Shown: in pieces, positions 6,756 through 15,925 of the stretch | Numbering within the stretch: the stretch's first letter is position 1 | Layout: each line of letters begins with the position of its first letter | NCBI GenBank assembly: GCA_037441385.1 | Contig: JBBISH010000092.1 | Location: 1-25,793 of the forward strand | Reading direction: 5' to 3' | Origin: Myxococcales bacterium | GTDB lineage: Bacteria; Myxococcota_A; UBA9042 | Length of the DNA stretch: 25,793 nucleotides | Notes under the pieces: generated by a model | Databases searched by the model: none | What the model was told of the DNA's origin: nothing | The model's input: the letters and a program-made list of their open reading frames with translations, nothing else | Program-made: the position numbers and the translations under genes

Positions 6756-9191
6756 ATGCGCGGCAAGGTTTTTTCGCTGGCTTTTCTAGCAGTCGCAGGC
6801 TTGGCGAGCGCTGAGCCGGCCTGGGCTGACTTCTGTGCCGGCAAGTTGAGCGGTTATTGGTGCAACGGAAGCGCGCTTGTGCTCTGCAAGGGCGGCGCGA
6901 TCGCTTCGAGCCAAAACTGCCCCAGCGGCTGCCAGTCGATGCCAGTTGGGACCAATGACCAGTGCTACGCCGCCAGTAGCCCCTGCTCGGGCAAGCAGAA
7001 TGGCGCTTGGTGCGACGGCGACAAGTTGCTGCAGTGCAAGAGCAATCAGGTCGCCTCAAGCCAGAAATGCCAGTACGGCTGCCAGTCGATGCCGACCGGC
7101 GTGCCTGATGCCTGCAAGAGCGCCCCGGCGCAAAGTGGACCGTGCGCGGGCAAGGCCGACGGCGCCTGGTGCGACGGCGACAAACTGCTCAAGTGCCAGG
7201 GCGGTGCCTTGGCCTCTTCGCAGACGTGCCAGTACGGCTGCCAGTCGATGCCGCCCGGCGTCGCCGACGTGTGCAAAACGGCGGTGGTCACCGGCCCCTG
7301 CAGCGGCAAACCCGACGGCGCTTGGTGCGACGGCGATACGTTGCTCACCTGCAGCGGCGGCAAGACCAGCGCAAGCAAGCTCTGCACCTACGGTTGCCAG
7401 GCGATGCCGCCCGGGATCGCCGATCAATGCAAGGCTGCGCCCGCTGCGACGGGCCCGTGTGCCGGCAAGAGCGACGGAGCTTGGTGCGATGGCGACAAGC
7501 TGCTCCAGTGCAAGGACGGCACCACCCAGTCGAGCAACAGCTGCCAGTACGGCTGCCAGTCGATGCCCGCGGGCGTGGCAGATCAGTGCAAACCCGCGCC
7601 AGCGCCTGCCGGGCCCTGCACAGGCAAGGCCGACGGGGCCTGGTGCGACGGCGAGAGCCTGCTGGTCTGCAAGGGCGGCCAGTCGGTCGGTTCGCAAAGC
7701 TGTGCCTACGGTTGCCAGGCCGCCGCCAGCGGCACTGCCGGCAGCTGCAAAGAGCCGCCCTACGATCCCACCAAGTCGTGTGCGGGCAAGGCCAACGGCA
7801 CCTGGTGCAACGGCGACACGTTGCTGAACTGCCAGGGCGGCCAGGTCGGCAGTGCCTTTGCCTGCCCGGGCGGCTGCCAGGCCATGCCCGCCGGCGTGCC
7901 AGACGTATGCAAGTCCGCGGGCAGCAACGCCTGCACCGGCAAGGCCAATGGCACCTGGTGTTCTGGAACCGACGTTGTGCAATGCAGCGGCGGCCAGATC
8001 ATCAAGGCGGTGTCTTGCGCCAAGGGTTGCGCCCAACCTGCCGACGGGGCAGGCGCCTGTAAGCTAAAAAGCTCGGGCTTTTGCTCTGGAAAGGCAGATG
8101 GAGAGTACTGCGACGGCACCGTGCTGGTGACCTGCGCCACCGGCGGTCTGATCGGCAACTTTGTCTGTCCCAAGGGCTGCCAGGGCACGGCGTGCACCAG
8201 CGTTGGCGCCGGCGCGAGTGGCAGCTTGAGCGTGGATGACGGAGGCAGCTGCGCCGCCTTTTCGGGCTCGATCGATCTCTGGGCGGGCAAGAACCTGCCG
8301 GTTTGGAACCAGAAGGACTATTCGCAGGGGTTGGGCACGTGCCCAGGCCTAACCATCCACAACTCGGGCTGCACGATCACGTCGCTGTCGATGTTGCACA
8401 ACTTCTTGGGGCTCAAGCGCCAAGTGGACGGCAAAGAGGGCAACGACCCCGCTACCGAGAACGCGTGGCGCAGCCAAAACGGCGGCTACGCCGGGACTTC
8501 CTACGAGTTGGCCGGCAAAAAAGTCTCAGGCAAATGCTTGGTGCTGTGGGGACAGGCCCCAGGCGGGCTGGTGCCCAGCAAGGCCCACAACGACAGCGCC
8601 TCGTGCATCACCCCCAAGGCCGGGAAATTCATCGCCAGCGCCCTCAAGTCGGGCATGCCGGTGGTGGCGGGCGTTCACTGGGCCGGCGGCGACGCTTCGT
8701 TCTACGGCAGCAGCGAGGATTGGCACTGGGTCTTGATCGTCGGCGCGGACGAAGGCGGCGTGCGCATCAACGACCCGTGGGGCGGCAAAGCTGGCGTGCA
8801 CCTGAACGAAGGCGGCCTGGGCAAGTACGTGCTGGATGATCTCTACGTATTCTGGTTTGCTGGCCAGCAACCGGGCGGCATGGCGCCCGTACCGGTCGAC
8901 GATGGCGAGCCGACGACCGAAGACGGCCTGCCCAAGACCCTGGAGTTCGTCGACGAGACTTTGCCCACTGTTGTGACCGCCACCGTGGATGCCGGCGGCT
9001 CGACGGACAGCGCGGGATCGGACGCGGACGCCAGTGCCGACGGCTTTGCGATCGGCAAGGGCCAGAGCAGCACCCCCGCCGCCAGCGACAGCGGCTGTGG
9101 CGCGGTTCACTACCCTGCGAGCATTGCGCAGGTACTGGCGCTATTGGCTTTGGGGCTGTTGGCGATTGGGCGGCGCCGGGGCCGGGCGTAG
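6756..9191 (+). CDS. Secreted, surface-sorted C39-like (papain-fold) cysteine peptidase with nine 6-Cys repeats and a MYXO-CTERM-like tail (811 aa)
   Basis: ATG at 6756 after GGAGG; signal peptide MRGKVFSLAFLAVAGLASAEPAWA; nine C-x-GK-x-[DN]G-x-WC...C...C-x2-GC...C repeats; catalytic-type motifs NQKD...SGCTITSLSM, WHWVLIVG and INDPW; acidic linker, then SDSGC + hydrophobic helix + RRR. Confidence 0.8.
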   Translation: MRGKVFSLAFLAVAGLASAEPAWADFCAGKLSGYWCNGSALVLCKGGAIASSQNCPSGCQSMPVGTNDQCYAASSPCSGKQNGAWCDGDKLLQCKSNQVASSQKCQYGCQSMPTGVPDACKSAPAQSGPCAGKADGAWCDGDKLLKCQGGALASSQTCQYGCQSMPPGVADVCKTAVVTGPCSGKPDGAWCDGDTLLTCSGGKTSASKLCTYGCQAMPPGIADQCKAAPAATGPCAGKSDGAWCDGDKLLQCKDGTTQSSNSCQYGCQSMPAGVADQCKPAPAPAGPCTGKADGAWCDGESLLVCKGGQSVGSQSCAYGCQAAASGTAGSCKEPPYDPTKSCAGKANGTWCNGDTLLNCQGGQVGSAFACPGGCQAMPAGVPDVCKSAGSNACTGKANGTWCSGTDVVQCSGGQIIKAVSCAKGCAQPADGAGACKLKSSGFCSGKADGEYCDGTVLVTCATGGLIGNFVCPKGCQGTACTSVGAGASGSLSVDDGGSCAAFSGSIDLWAGKNLPVWNQKDYSQGLGTCPGLTIHNSGCTITSLSMLHNFLGLKRQVDGKEGNDPATENAWRSQNGGYAGTSYELAGKKVSGKCLVLWGQAPGGLVPSKAHNDSASCITPKAGKFIASALKSGMPVVAGVHWAGGDASFYGSSEDWHWVLIVGADEGGVRINDPWGGKAGVHLNEGGLGKYVLDDLYVFWFAGQQPGGMAPVPVDDGEPTTEDGLPKTLEFVDETLPTVVTATVDAGGSTDSAGSDADASADGFAIGKGQSSTPAASDSGCGAVHYPASIAQVLALLALGLLAIGRRRGRA

Positions 9192-9241
9192 GAGCGTCGC
9201 TACGGCCTGGGGGCCGACTCGCGTAGACCCTGAATGGACGG

Positions 9242-11278
9242 TTAGAGCTTGCCTTCGAGCAGCTGCTGGATGACCTGCTGCATCTTGTCCGGGCGGGGCG
9301 CGGCGTTGTACTGGCGACCATTGATGAACAGCGAGGGCGTACCGCGCACACCGGCGGCAGTCGCTTCTTCCACGTCCTTGTTCAGCTTGGTCTCGTACTT
9401 CTTGGCGGCGACATAGGCTTCCGCCTTGGCTACGTCCATGCCGGCGTCCTTGGCGTACTTCTTCAGATTTTCGGTCTGGGCCTTCAGGCGGGCATCCATT
9501 TCGCCGTCCTGCGGCATCATCTGCGAGAAGTTCTGGTAGACGATGTCTTCGAATTCCCAGAACTTGCCCTGCTCCTCAGCCGCGAGCGACCAGTAGTGCG
9601 CCAGGCACGCGGCCGGGTGCATGTCGCGGGGCATCTTCTTGTTGCACTGGCTGGACAGCGGGTAGTGCTTGAACACCACGGCCACCTTGCCGTTGCTCTC
9701 TTTCTGCACCTGCTTCAGGGTCGGGTTGACCTTGGCGCAGAAGGGGCACTGGAAGTCCTTGAACTCGACGATCTTCACCTTGGCATCCTTGGGGCCCAGG
9801 ATCGGCGAGCCGTTGAAGTCGAACTCGGTGACCTTGGTGTCCAGCGGCGGCGGCGGGATGATCTCCTTGCCGTCCTTGATGGCCGCGGCATACAGATCCT
9901 TCTTGGCGGTGCCGGCTTTGACCTTGTCCTCGGCCTTGGTGAGCTCTTCGTCGATGATCTTCTTGAAATCGTCGAACGGACGGGCGCCACCCAGCTTGCG
10001 GCCCATGATGTAGAAGGCCGGTGTGCCGGTCGCGGTGATCTTGTCGGCCGTGGCCACGTCCTTGGCGATGGCATCCTTGAACTTGTGGTCGCTCATGCAC
10101 TTTTCGAACTTGGCGACGTCCAGACCCACTTCCTTGGCGTGGCCGGGTAGCTTCTCGGGATCGAGCTCGCCCTGGTTGCTGAACAAGCGGTTCTCCATCT
10201 CCCAGAACTTGCCCTGATCCTTGGCGCACAGGGCGGCCTCGGCGGCGGGCATCGCGTTCTTGTGGAAATCGAGCGGGCGGTTCTTGAAGACGATCTGCAC
10301 CTTCTCGCCGTAGTTCTTCTCGACTTCGTCGAGCGAGCCGCGGGCCTTGCCGCAGAAGGGGCACTGGAAGTCGGTGAACTCGACCACGGTCACCAGCGGG
10401 TCCTTGCCGCCCTTGCGCGGCTCGTCGCCGGTCAACTCGACTTTCCACACGGTCTTGTCATCTTCCGGGGGCTTGCGCTGCTTGTCGGCGGCCTGGGCCG
10501 GATCGCCGGCCGGCGGCTGATCACCCTTGAAGACCAGGCCGATGATCTGCGCGCCCAGGGCCGGGTTGGCGTCCTTGGTCAGCTTCTCGTTCAGATCGCC
10601 CGCCTTGGTGCCGGCGGCCAGCGCGTCGTTGGCCTTCTTGATCTGCTCGTCGATGATCTTCTTGAACTCTTCTTTGGGCTGGGCGCCCGACAGGTTGACA
10701 CCGTTGATGAAGAAGCCGGGCGTGCCGCGCACACCCAGGGCGTTGGCGACGCGCTGATCGCGATCGACCGCTGCGGCCACCGCCGGATCCTTCAGGTCGG
10801 CGTTGAACTTGGCCATGTCCAGCCCGATTTCTTGCGCCCACTTCAGGTAATTGGCGTCGTTCAGGTCGCGCTGGTTGGTGAACAGCTTGTCGTACATCGG
10901 CCAGAACTTGCCCTGCTTGTGGGCGGCCCAGGCGGCGATCGCGGCAGGCTTGGCGTTGGGGTGGAACGGCAACGGCTGGTTCACAAAAACCATCCGCACG
11001 TCCTTGGGGTACTCTTTGGCCAGTTCGTCCAGCGTGGCCTTGGCTTTGCTGCAGAACGGGCACTGGAAGTCGCTGATTTCGATGATGGTGACCTTGGCGT
11101 CGTCCGGACCTTGCGCCGGATTGGCCTGGGGCGCGGCTGCAGCAGGAGCCGGAGCCTTGACCTCCGCGGGCGCGACCGCGGTAGCCGGCGCCTGCTGGGG
11201 CTTGTTCAGCATCGTCCCTGCGGCAAAAGCCAGCACCGCGACGGCGATGATGGCAATGATGGCTGTATCCTTCTTCAT
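9242..11278 (-). CDS. Membrane-anchored/periplasmic DsbA-like oxidoreductase with three tandem thioredoxin domains (678 aa)
   Basis: ATG at 11278 after GAGGA; N-terminal hydrophobic helix; three D-F-Q-CPFC active sites, each followed by a GTP cis-Pro motif (GVRGTP, TATGTP, GVRGTP). Confidence 0.92.
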   Translation of the reverse strand: MKKDTAIIAIIAVAVLAFAAGTMLNKPQQAPATAVAPAEVKAPAPAAAAPQANPAQGPDDAKVTIIEISDFQCPFCSKAKATLDELAKEYPKDVRMVFVNQPLPFHPNAKPAAIAAWAAHKQGKFWPMYDKLFTNQRDLNDANYLKWAQEIGLDMAKFNADLKDPAVAAAVDRDQRVANALGVRGTPGFFINGVNLSGAQPKEEFKKIIDEQIKKANDALAAGTKAGDLNEKLTKDANPALGAQIIGLVFKGDQPPAGDPAQAADKQRKPPEDDKTVWKVELTGDEPRKGGKDPLVTVVEFTDFQCPFCGKARGSLDEVEKNYGEKVQIVFKNRPLDFHKNAMPAAEAALCAKDQGKFWEMENRLFSNQGELDPEKLPGHAKEVGLDVAKFEKCMSDHKFKDAIAKDVATADKITATGTPAFYIMGRKLGGARPFDDFKKIIDEELTKAEDKVKAGTAKKDLYAAAIKDGKEIIPPPPLDTKVTEFDFNGSPILGPKDAKVKIVEFKDFQCPFCAKVNPTLKQVQKESNGKVAVVFKHYPLSSQCNKKMPRDMHPAACLAHYWSLAAEEQGKFWEFEDIVYQNFSQMMPQDGEMDARLKAQTENLKKYAKDAGMDVAKAEAYVAAKKYETKLNKDVEEATAAGVRGTPSLFINGRQYNAAPRPDKMQQVIQQLLEGKL

Positions 11279-11382
11279 GCATTCCTCTGCGAGGCGGGGG
11301 CAGGTTCCGAACCCATCAACCCTGTGTGCGCACAGAGTTTTTGGACCCAAGCGGCGCGGAAGTGTTCCGCGGCGAGCGCAAT

Positions 11383-11411
11383 AGTTTACGCGCGATGTCA
11401 CATCGTTGCAA
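11383..11411 (-). promoter_or_regulatory. Sigma70-like promoter for the DsbA-like gene, with an inverted repeat in the spacer
   Basis: Minus strand reads TTGCAA-17 bp-TAAACT; the spacer contains CGATGT-G-ACATCG. Confidence 0.5.
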
Positions 11412-11502
11412 CGTGGGTTGCCCTGGCTTATGGCTTGCGGCGGCCGCCAAGATGCGCTGCAATCCCCAGTGCTGGGCCGGTGTCCTGGCCCGGCGAGTTC
11501 CC

Positions 11503-12453
11503 ATGACCCGCGAGCCGAATTGCAGTGTGCCGATGGCCTGTTTCATCGCAACGGTGATCGCTCTTTCACTTGCAGTTGGGGTTGGTTGCGACCCGGGCGC
11601 CCGGTCGACCACGCCGACTGTTGCCGACTCCGAAGCTGGCGCGCCGCCACCCTCGCTCCGGCAACAAGCCGTGGGTCGCGATCCAGAGCCGAGCGACGAG
11701 GCACTGTATGACCTGATCAACGCCCTAAAGGACCGCTTTGCCTGCAATACCGTGTCGGGTTGTCCGGCGCACGCCGCGCTGGTGGCCTATGGTTGGGGCG
11801 CTCGGCCACTGCTCGAGGCGTTGTTTGCCCGAGCTCCCCAACAATCCACGTGGCGTTCGCGCACCGTGGCGGTCGTGGCCGACCTGGGAGACCCGCAGGC
11901 GCAGCCGTTCTTGCAGCACCTGTTGGACGACCGCGACCCCGAGGTGCGCGCCTACGCGATCCTGGGGTTGGGACGCATCGACGCCCGCGATCAGCGCGCC
12001 CGCATTCGCGAATTGGCCGACACGTCCGATAGTCTCTGGTCCGCGCCAGTCAAGGTGGCCGCGCTTTTCGTCCTGGCCGGTTGGGGAGAGCCGGGCTGCG
12101 CTCAAGATTTCACCGCCACCCTGGCCGACTTGGCCGGAAAGCAGCTAGCGACCACCGCGCTCATGATCGGCGCGCATCTGTGTGCCGAGCCGATCGCGCC
12201 GGACTGCCGCCCGGTGTTGCCGGCCATGGCCAGCCACCCGGCCTTTCAGGCCCGCCGCGACGCGCTTCGCACCATGCAGCGCATGCTCCGGCCCGAGTTC
12301 GCGCGTTCGCTGGTGCGGCTGACTGGGGACCCCGCACAGTCGATTCGCCGCGAGGCCGAAAACGCCTTGATGGGCATCAGCGGCCGCACCGACGTGAAGG
12401 GACACGCGGCGTGGCTACAGTGGTGCCAGTCGGGTGGTTGCCAGCAGAACTAG
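11503..12453 (+). CDS. HEAT/PBS-lyase repeat protein, probable lipoprotein (start uncertain: 11503 or 11533)
   Basis: Hydrophobic N-terminus ending VGVGC; repeats such as LLDDRDPEVRAYAILGLGRI and LTGDPAQSIRREAENAL. Confidence 0.7.
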   Translation: MTREPNCSVPMACFIATVIALSLAVGVGCDPGARSTTPTVADSEAGAPPPSLRQQAVGRDPEPSDEALYDLINALKDRFACNTVSGCPAHAALVAYGWGARPLLEALFARAPQQSTWRSRTVAVVADLGDPQAQPFLQHLLDDRDPEVRAYAILGLGRIDARDQRARIRELADTSDSLWSAPVKVAALFVLAGWGEPGCAQDFTATLADLAGKQLATTALMIGAHLCAEPIAPDCRPVLPAMASHPAFQARRDALRTMQRMLRPEFARSLVRLTGDPAQSIRREAENALMGISGRTDVKGHAAWLQWCQSGGCQQN

Positions 12454-12459
12454 CCGAAA

Positions 12460-13749
12460 TCAAGCCCGTTGCAGCGGCAAAGTGAGGCAGCGGGGACCGC
12501 CGCGGCCGCGCGACAGCTCCGAGCCGGGCAGGGCCACCACCCAGTGGCGGTCGCCCAGCATCAGCAAGTCCGCGTTCGCGATGAACTCGTCCGGCGACAG
12601 CACTTGATAATCGCGCCGGTTCAGCTCGCGGAGCGTGGCGCGGTTGCGGCCGTACAGCACGATGCGCCCGGGTCCCAGGCAGACGGCGTTGGCCCCATCG
12701 GACCACTGCTCGCGCGCACCGGCGCGCGGATCGGCCCCGCCGCACGGCACCAAGTCCAAGGCGCGCCCGCGGGCTTCTAGCAAGGCGCGCAGATCCCGCC
12801 CGATGGGCGTGCCACCGGCGACCAGGTCGACCACTTGCGCTTGATCGCCGCCCAGGCCGGGCAGCCATGCCAGCGCCCGCCCCGGCTCGATCCAGGTCAT
12901 CACGGTGTCCAAGTGCATCGTCGCCCGTTGGTGCGGCAGGCGAACGCCCCAGACTTGGGCAATTCCGCGCGCATGCAGGGCCGCCGCCAAAAGCAAGGCG
13001 CCATGTTCGCTGGTGCGCTCGCCCAGGCCGACCAGCACCAGGTCCTTGGCCACCACCAGCACGTCGCCCCCCTCGACCGTTCGGTCGTCAACCGCCTCGC
13101 TTGGGCTCTCGTCGCCCTCACGAATATCGATGAGTTGGGCGCCGGCCAAGCGTGGATGGTGGCGGGCGATGCCGCGGGCGATGATGCCGTCGCGCTTGCG
13201 CGCCCTCGCCCGCGGATACGACAGCACCAGCGAGCTGCCGACTACGGCGGCCAAATCGCGAGCAAACAACAGGTTGGGCGAGGGCGAAGCCAGCAGCGCC
13301 GCATCGTCATCGGGGTCCAGACCGGTCACCAAGGCCGCGCTCAATTCCACCGGCGTCAGGTCGGCCAGGCGCTGGCGGGCGTGGCGCAATTGCGGCGCCG
13401 GCGTGCCCAGTTGAGCCTCCACGTCCAAGACCTGCTCGACGATCTCGCCGCGGACCACGGGCTCGGCCAGTACCGAGGTCAGCATGTCGCGCAGGTCTAG
13501 GCAGTTGCGTTCGCCGGTCGCCGCCGCCACCACCGCACGCAAGATCGCGTGCTCCTGGCGCAAGTGGTCGAGCAGCACCAGGTCGTCGAACAGGAGGTAG
13601 TCTGGATTCGGCTCCCAGCCGTGTCGGCCCAAGCGCAGTGGCGCGATGTGATCCGGCGCCATGGCGTCGAATTCGCTGCCCGGCCCCCACAGCGCGCAGG
13701 CCCGCAACTGCCCAGTCTCGCTGGTAACATGCAGATCGAGTTGGGCCAT
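12460..13749 (-). CDS. arcA: Arginine deiminase family protein (429 aa)
   Basis: Motifs VTSETGQLR, LLFDD, PNLLFARD, VEGGD, MHLDTV, EQWSDGAN and the C-terminal SELSRGRGGPRCLTLPL carrying the catalytic Cys. Confidence 0.9.
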   Translation of the reverse strand: MAQLDLHVTSETGQLRACALWGPGSEFDAMAPDHIAPLRLGRHGWEPNPDYLLFDDLVLLDHLRQEHAILRAVVAAATGERNCLDLRDMLTSVLAEPVVRGEIVEQVLDVEAQLGTPAPQLRHARQRLADLTPVELSAALVTGLDPDDDAALLASPSPNLLFARDLAAVVGSSLVLSYPRARARKRDGIIARGIARHHPRLAGAQLIDIREGDESPSEAVDDRTVEGGDVLVVAKDLVLVGLGERTSEHGALLLAAALHARGIAQVWGVRLPHQRATMHLDTVMTWIEPGRALAWLPGLGGDQAQVVDLVAGGTPIGRDLRALLEARGRALDLVPCGGADPRAGAREQWSDGANAVCLGPGRIVLYGRNRATLRELNRRDYQVLSPDEFIANADLLMLGDRHWVVALPGSELSRGRGGPRCLTLPLQRA

Positions 13750-13897
13750 GCTGCCCTCGCGCCCTTGGGGGCTATGCGGAACTAGATTTCTTGGATGCGT
13801 ACGCGTGGAGCGGTGCGACGCCCAGCAGGGGCGCGCACTTGCGACGCGCCGAGCAGGAGGCAAGGGGCCCGAAAATCGCGTAGATTTGCATGGACCC

Positions 13898-15838
13898 TTA
13901 CTTGGCGGTGAACTTGACTTTGACCTGCGGGCTGTACGCGTCGGCGTTGGTTTCGCTGACGAGCTGCACCTGGCCCGAGATCTCGTACTCGCCGGCCAAG
14001 TCTGGGATCACCGACAAGTTGGCCGTCTCGCTGGTGCCTTGGAGCTCCAACGGAATCCACACGGCCGAGCCCTCGGGCCGCTTGGTGACGGTCCACCAGT
14101 AGAACTTGGTGGCCATGGCGGTGAAGCCGCCCAAGTCGGCCGCGCCCATCGCGAGGTTGACGGGCTTGCCCACCACGATCTTGTCGGCCGCGGTGGTGAC
14201 GCTGAGGGTGGCGGTGGGCACTTTGGGCGTTGTGTCGACGGCCACGGTTCCTGTCAGATTCACCACCCGCGATGCCAATTCGACGCTGCAGGCGCCACTT
14301 GCGAACGTGCCGGGACAATATTGGATGAAAAGGACGTCGTTGATAGTCTTCTTGTTGCCATTGGCGGGCTTGAAGTTGATGTCCACGTTCATCAAACCAA
14401 AGGCGGGCAGGGTGGTGGTCGCGAAGCCCTTGGCCAGCGCAAAGTGCTTGGACGGGGCCGAGCAGGGGTCCTTGCCGGTGTAGCCCGAGTCGTACGGGCA
14501 GATGTTGGTGATGGCCAGGCCACCGCAGCTTTGGTTGGCGATGGAGACCGTGGTGGTCCAAGTCTCGCCCACGGCTGCCTGCCCGCGCACCGGGTTGGGG
14601 CCAAAGTCGGGCTGCGGCGTGTCGCACGAGCCGGGCACGATCGGGATGGCGCCATAGTTGCTGATGCCCACGCTGCTGTAGGTGAAGGCCACATACGCCG
14701 GCGGACCAGGCAGGCCGCCCTGCGGCGTGTAGTTGACCACCACGTCGACGCACTTGTCCTTGGCCAGCGAGTATAGCTGCTGCACGTTGCCCTGGATGTC
14801 GACCAACTGCGCCTTGTAGTTCGCGTCGGCCTTGATCTGGCCGGCGTCGGTGTAGGCCTTGACCAGGACGTTGTTGATCTTGAGGGGCGGCGGGCCCTCG
14901 CCACAGATCTTGCACTTGGCGCTGCCGACGATGGGGTCGGGGAACGAGAAGATCTTCTTGCCGGTGGCCTCGGTGCAGCTGACGTTGAACGAGGCCTGTT
15001 CTTGGGTCTGCGCATCGAGCGACGACTTGCACTCGGCCGGCTTGCCGCTGGTCAGCACGACCAAAGTCGCCTTTTCGTTGCTGGGGTCGCTATCCGGGGC
15101 GTAGCGCACGCAGACCTTGAGCGACTTGCTGCCGTCGAGGTTGTCTGCCGTGCCCTTGCCGGGCAGCGTCTCGTTGCTGTTGGGCTGCTCGACGATGGTG
15201 TATTGGGCGTTGGCCGGGTCGATGGCGGCGCCCATGAACGCCATGGAGTCGTTGCCGGCGTTGCGCAGGCTGAAGCAGGCGGTCTGCGGGTTGGCGGCGG
15301 TCACGTTGGTAAAGGTGAAGGCCGTGGGGTCCAGTTGGCAGACGGCGCCCAGCGTGGCGATGCCAAAGCACAAGCTCTTGGTCTTGGCCGTGGGGTCGTT
15401 GGTGGTAAAGGTGATCGTGACGGGATCGACGTCGCCACTCTCGTTGGCGGCGTACTCGACGTCGAACGAAATGCCCGCGGTGTTGATGGCCAGACCGGCC
15501 TTCCAGTCGCCCCCACACGCGGCGTCCGTGGGCAAATTGCTGGGAGGGGTGATCTTCAGCTGGCTGTTGTTGTCCTTGATCTCCCACTTCACGCACAGCG
15601 GCATGGGGGTCTTGGTGCCCACTGTCGCAGTATTCTTGAGGACGATCGTGCGGTTGTACTTCTTCTGTCCTCGGGTCGAGTCGGGCGTGAAGGTGGTGCA
15701 AGCACTGCCCGTGGGAGGGGCCTTGCCGTCCACTTGCAGCGACAGCACCGGATCGGCCTCGCTCACGTACTGATCACTGCTGCCGCAGGCGGCCAGTAGC
15801 ATCGCGCCCGCTACCACACCGAACTTCAGATAACGCAT
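13898..15838 (-). CDS. Cys-rich lipoprotein with tandem Ig-like (choice-of-anchor D/ASH-like) domains and a C-terminal PKD-like domain (646 aa)
   Basis: ATG at 15838 after GAGGA; lipobox LLAAC|GSS; repeated beta-sandwich signatures (F-x-TNDP, L-x-N-x-G, V-x-Y-x-P); C-terminal YWWTVTKRPEGS...PDLAGEYEI. Confidence 0.75.
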   Translation of the reverse strand: MRYLKFGVVAGAMLLAACGSSDQYVSEADPVLSLQVDGKAPPTGSACTTFTPDSTRGQKKYNRTIVLKNTATVGTKTPMPLCVKWEIKDNNSQLKITPPSNLPTDAACGGDWKAGLAINTAGISFDVEYAANESGDVDPVTITFTTNDPTAKTKSLCFGIATLGAVCQLDPTAFTFTNVTAANPQTACFSLRNAGNDSMAFMGAAIDPANAQYTIVEQPNSNETLPGKGTADNLDGSKSLKVCVRYAPDSDPSNEKATLVVLTSGKPAECKSSLDAQTQEQASFNVSCTEATGKKIFSFPDPIVGSAKCKICGEGPPPLKINNVLVKAYTDAGQIKADANYKAQLVDIQGNVQQLYSLAKDKCVDVVVNYTPQGGLPGPPAYVAFTYSSVGISNYGAIPIVPGSCDTPQPDFGPNPVRGQAAVGETWTTTVSIANQSCGGLAITNICPYDSGYTGKDPCSAPSKHFALAKGFATTTLPAFGLMNVDINFKPANGNKKTINDVLFIQYCPGTFASGACSVELASRVVNLTGTVAVDTTPKVPTATLSVTTAADKIVVGKPVNLAMGAADLGGFTAMATKFYWWTVTKRPEGSAVWIPLELQGTSETANLSVIPDLAGEYEISGQVQLVSETNADAYSPQVKVKFTAK

Positions 15839-15884
15839 GATCGTCCTCGGGTCGTCCCTGGCGCCACGGCCGTGCGCCAAGCGA

Positions 15885-15914
15885 AGTGTACCTGCACCGT
15901 GCAGCCTGAGCCAA
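15885..15914 (-). promoter_or_regulatory. Possible internal promoter with an inverted repeat in the spacer
   Basis: Minus strand reads TTGGCT-18 bp-TACACT; the spacer contains CTGCAC-G-GTGCAG. Confidence 0.35.
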
Positions 15915-15925
15915 TCGGCTTACGG

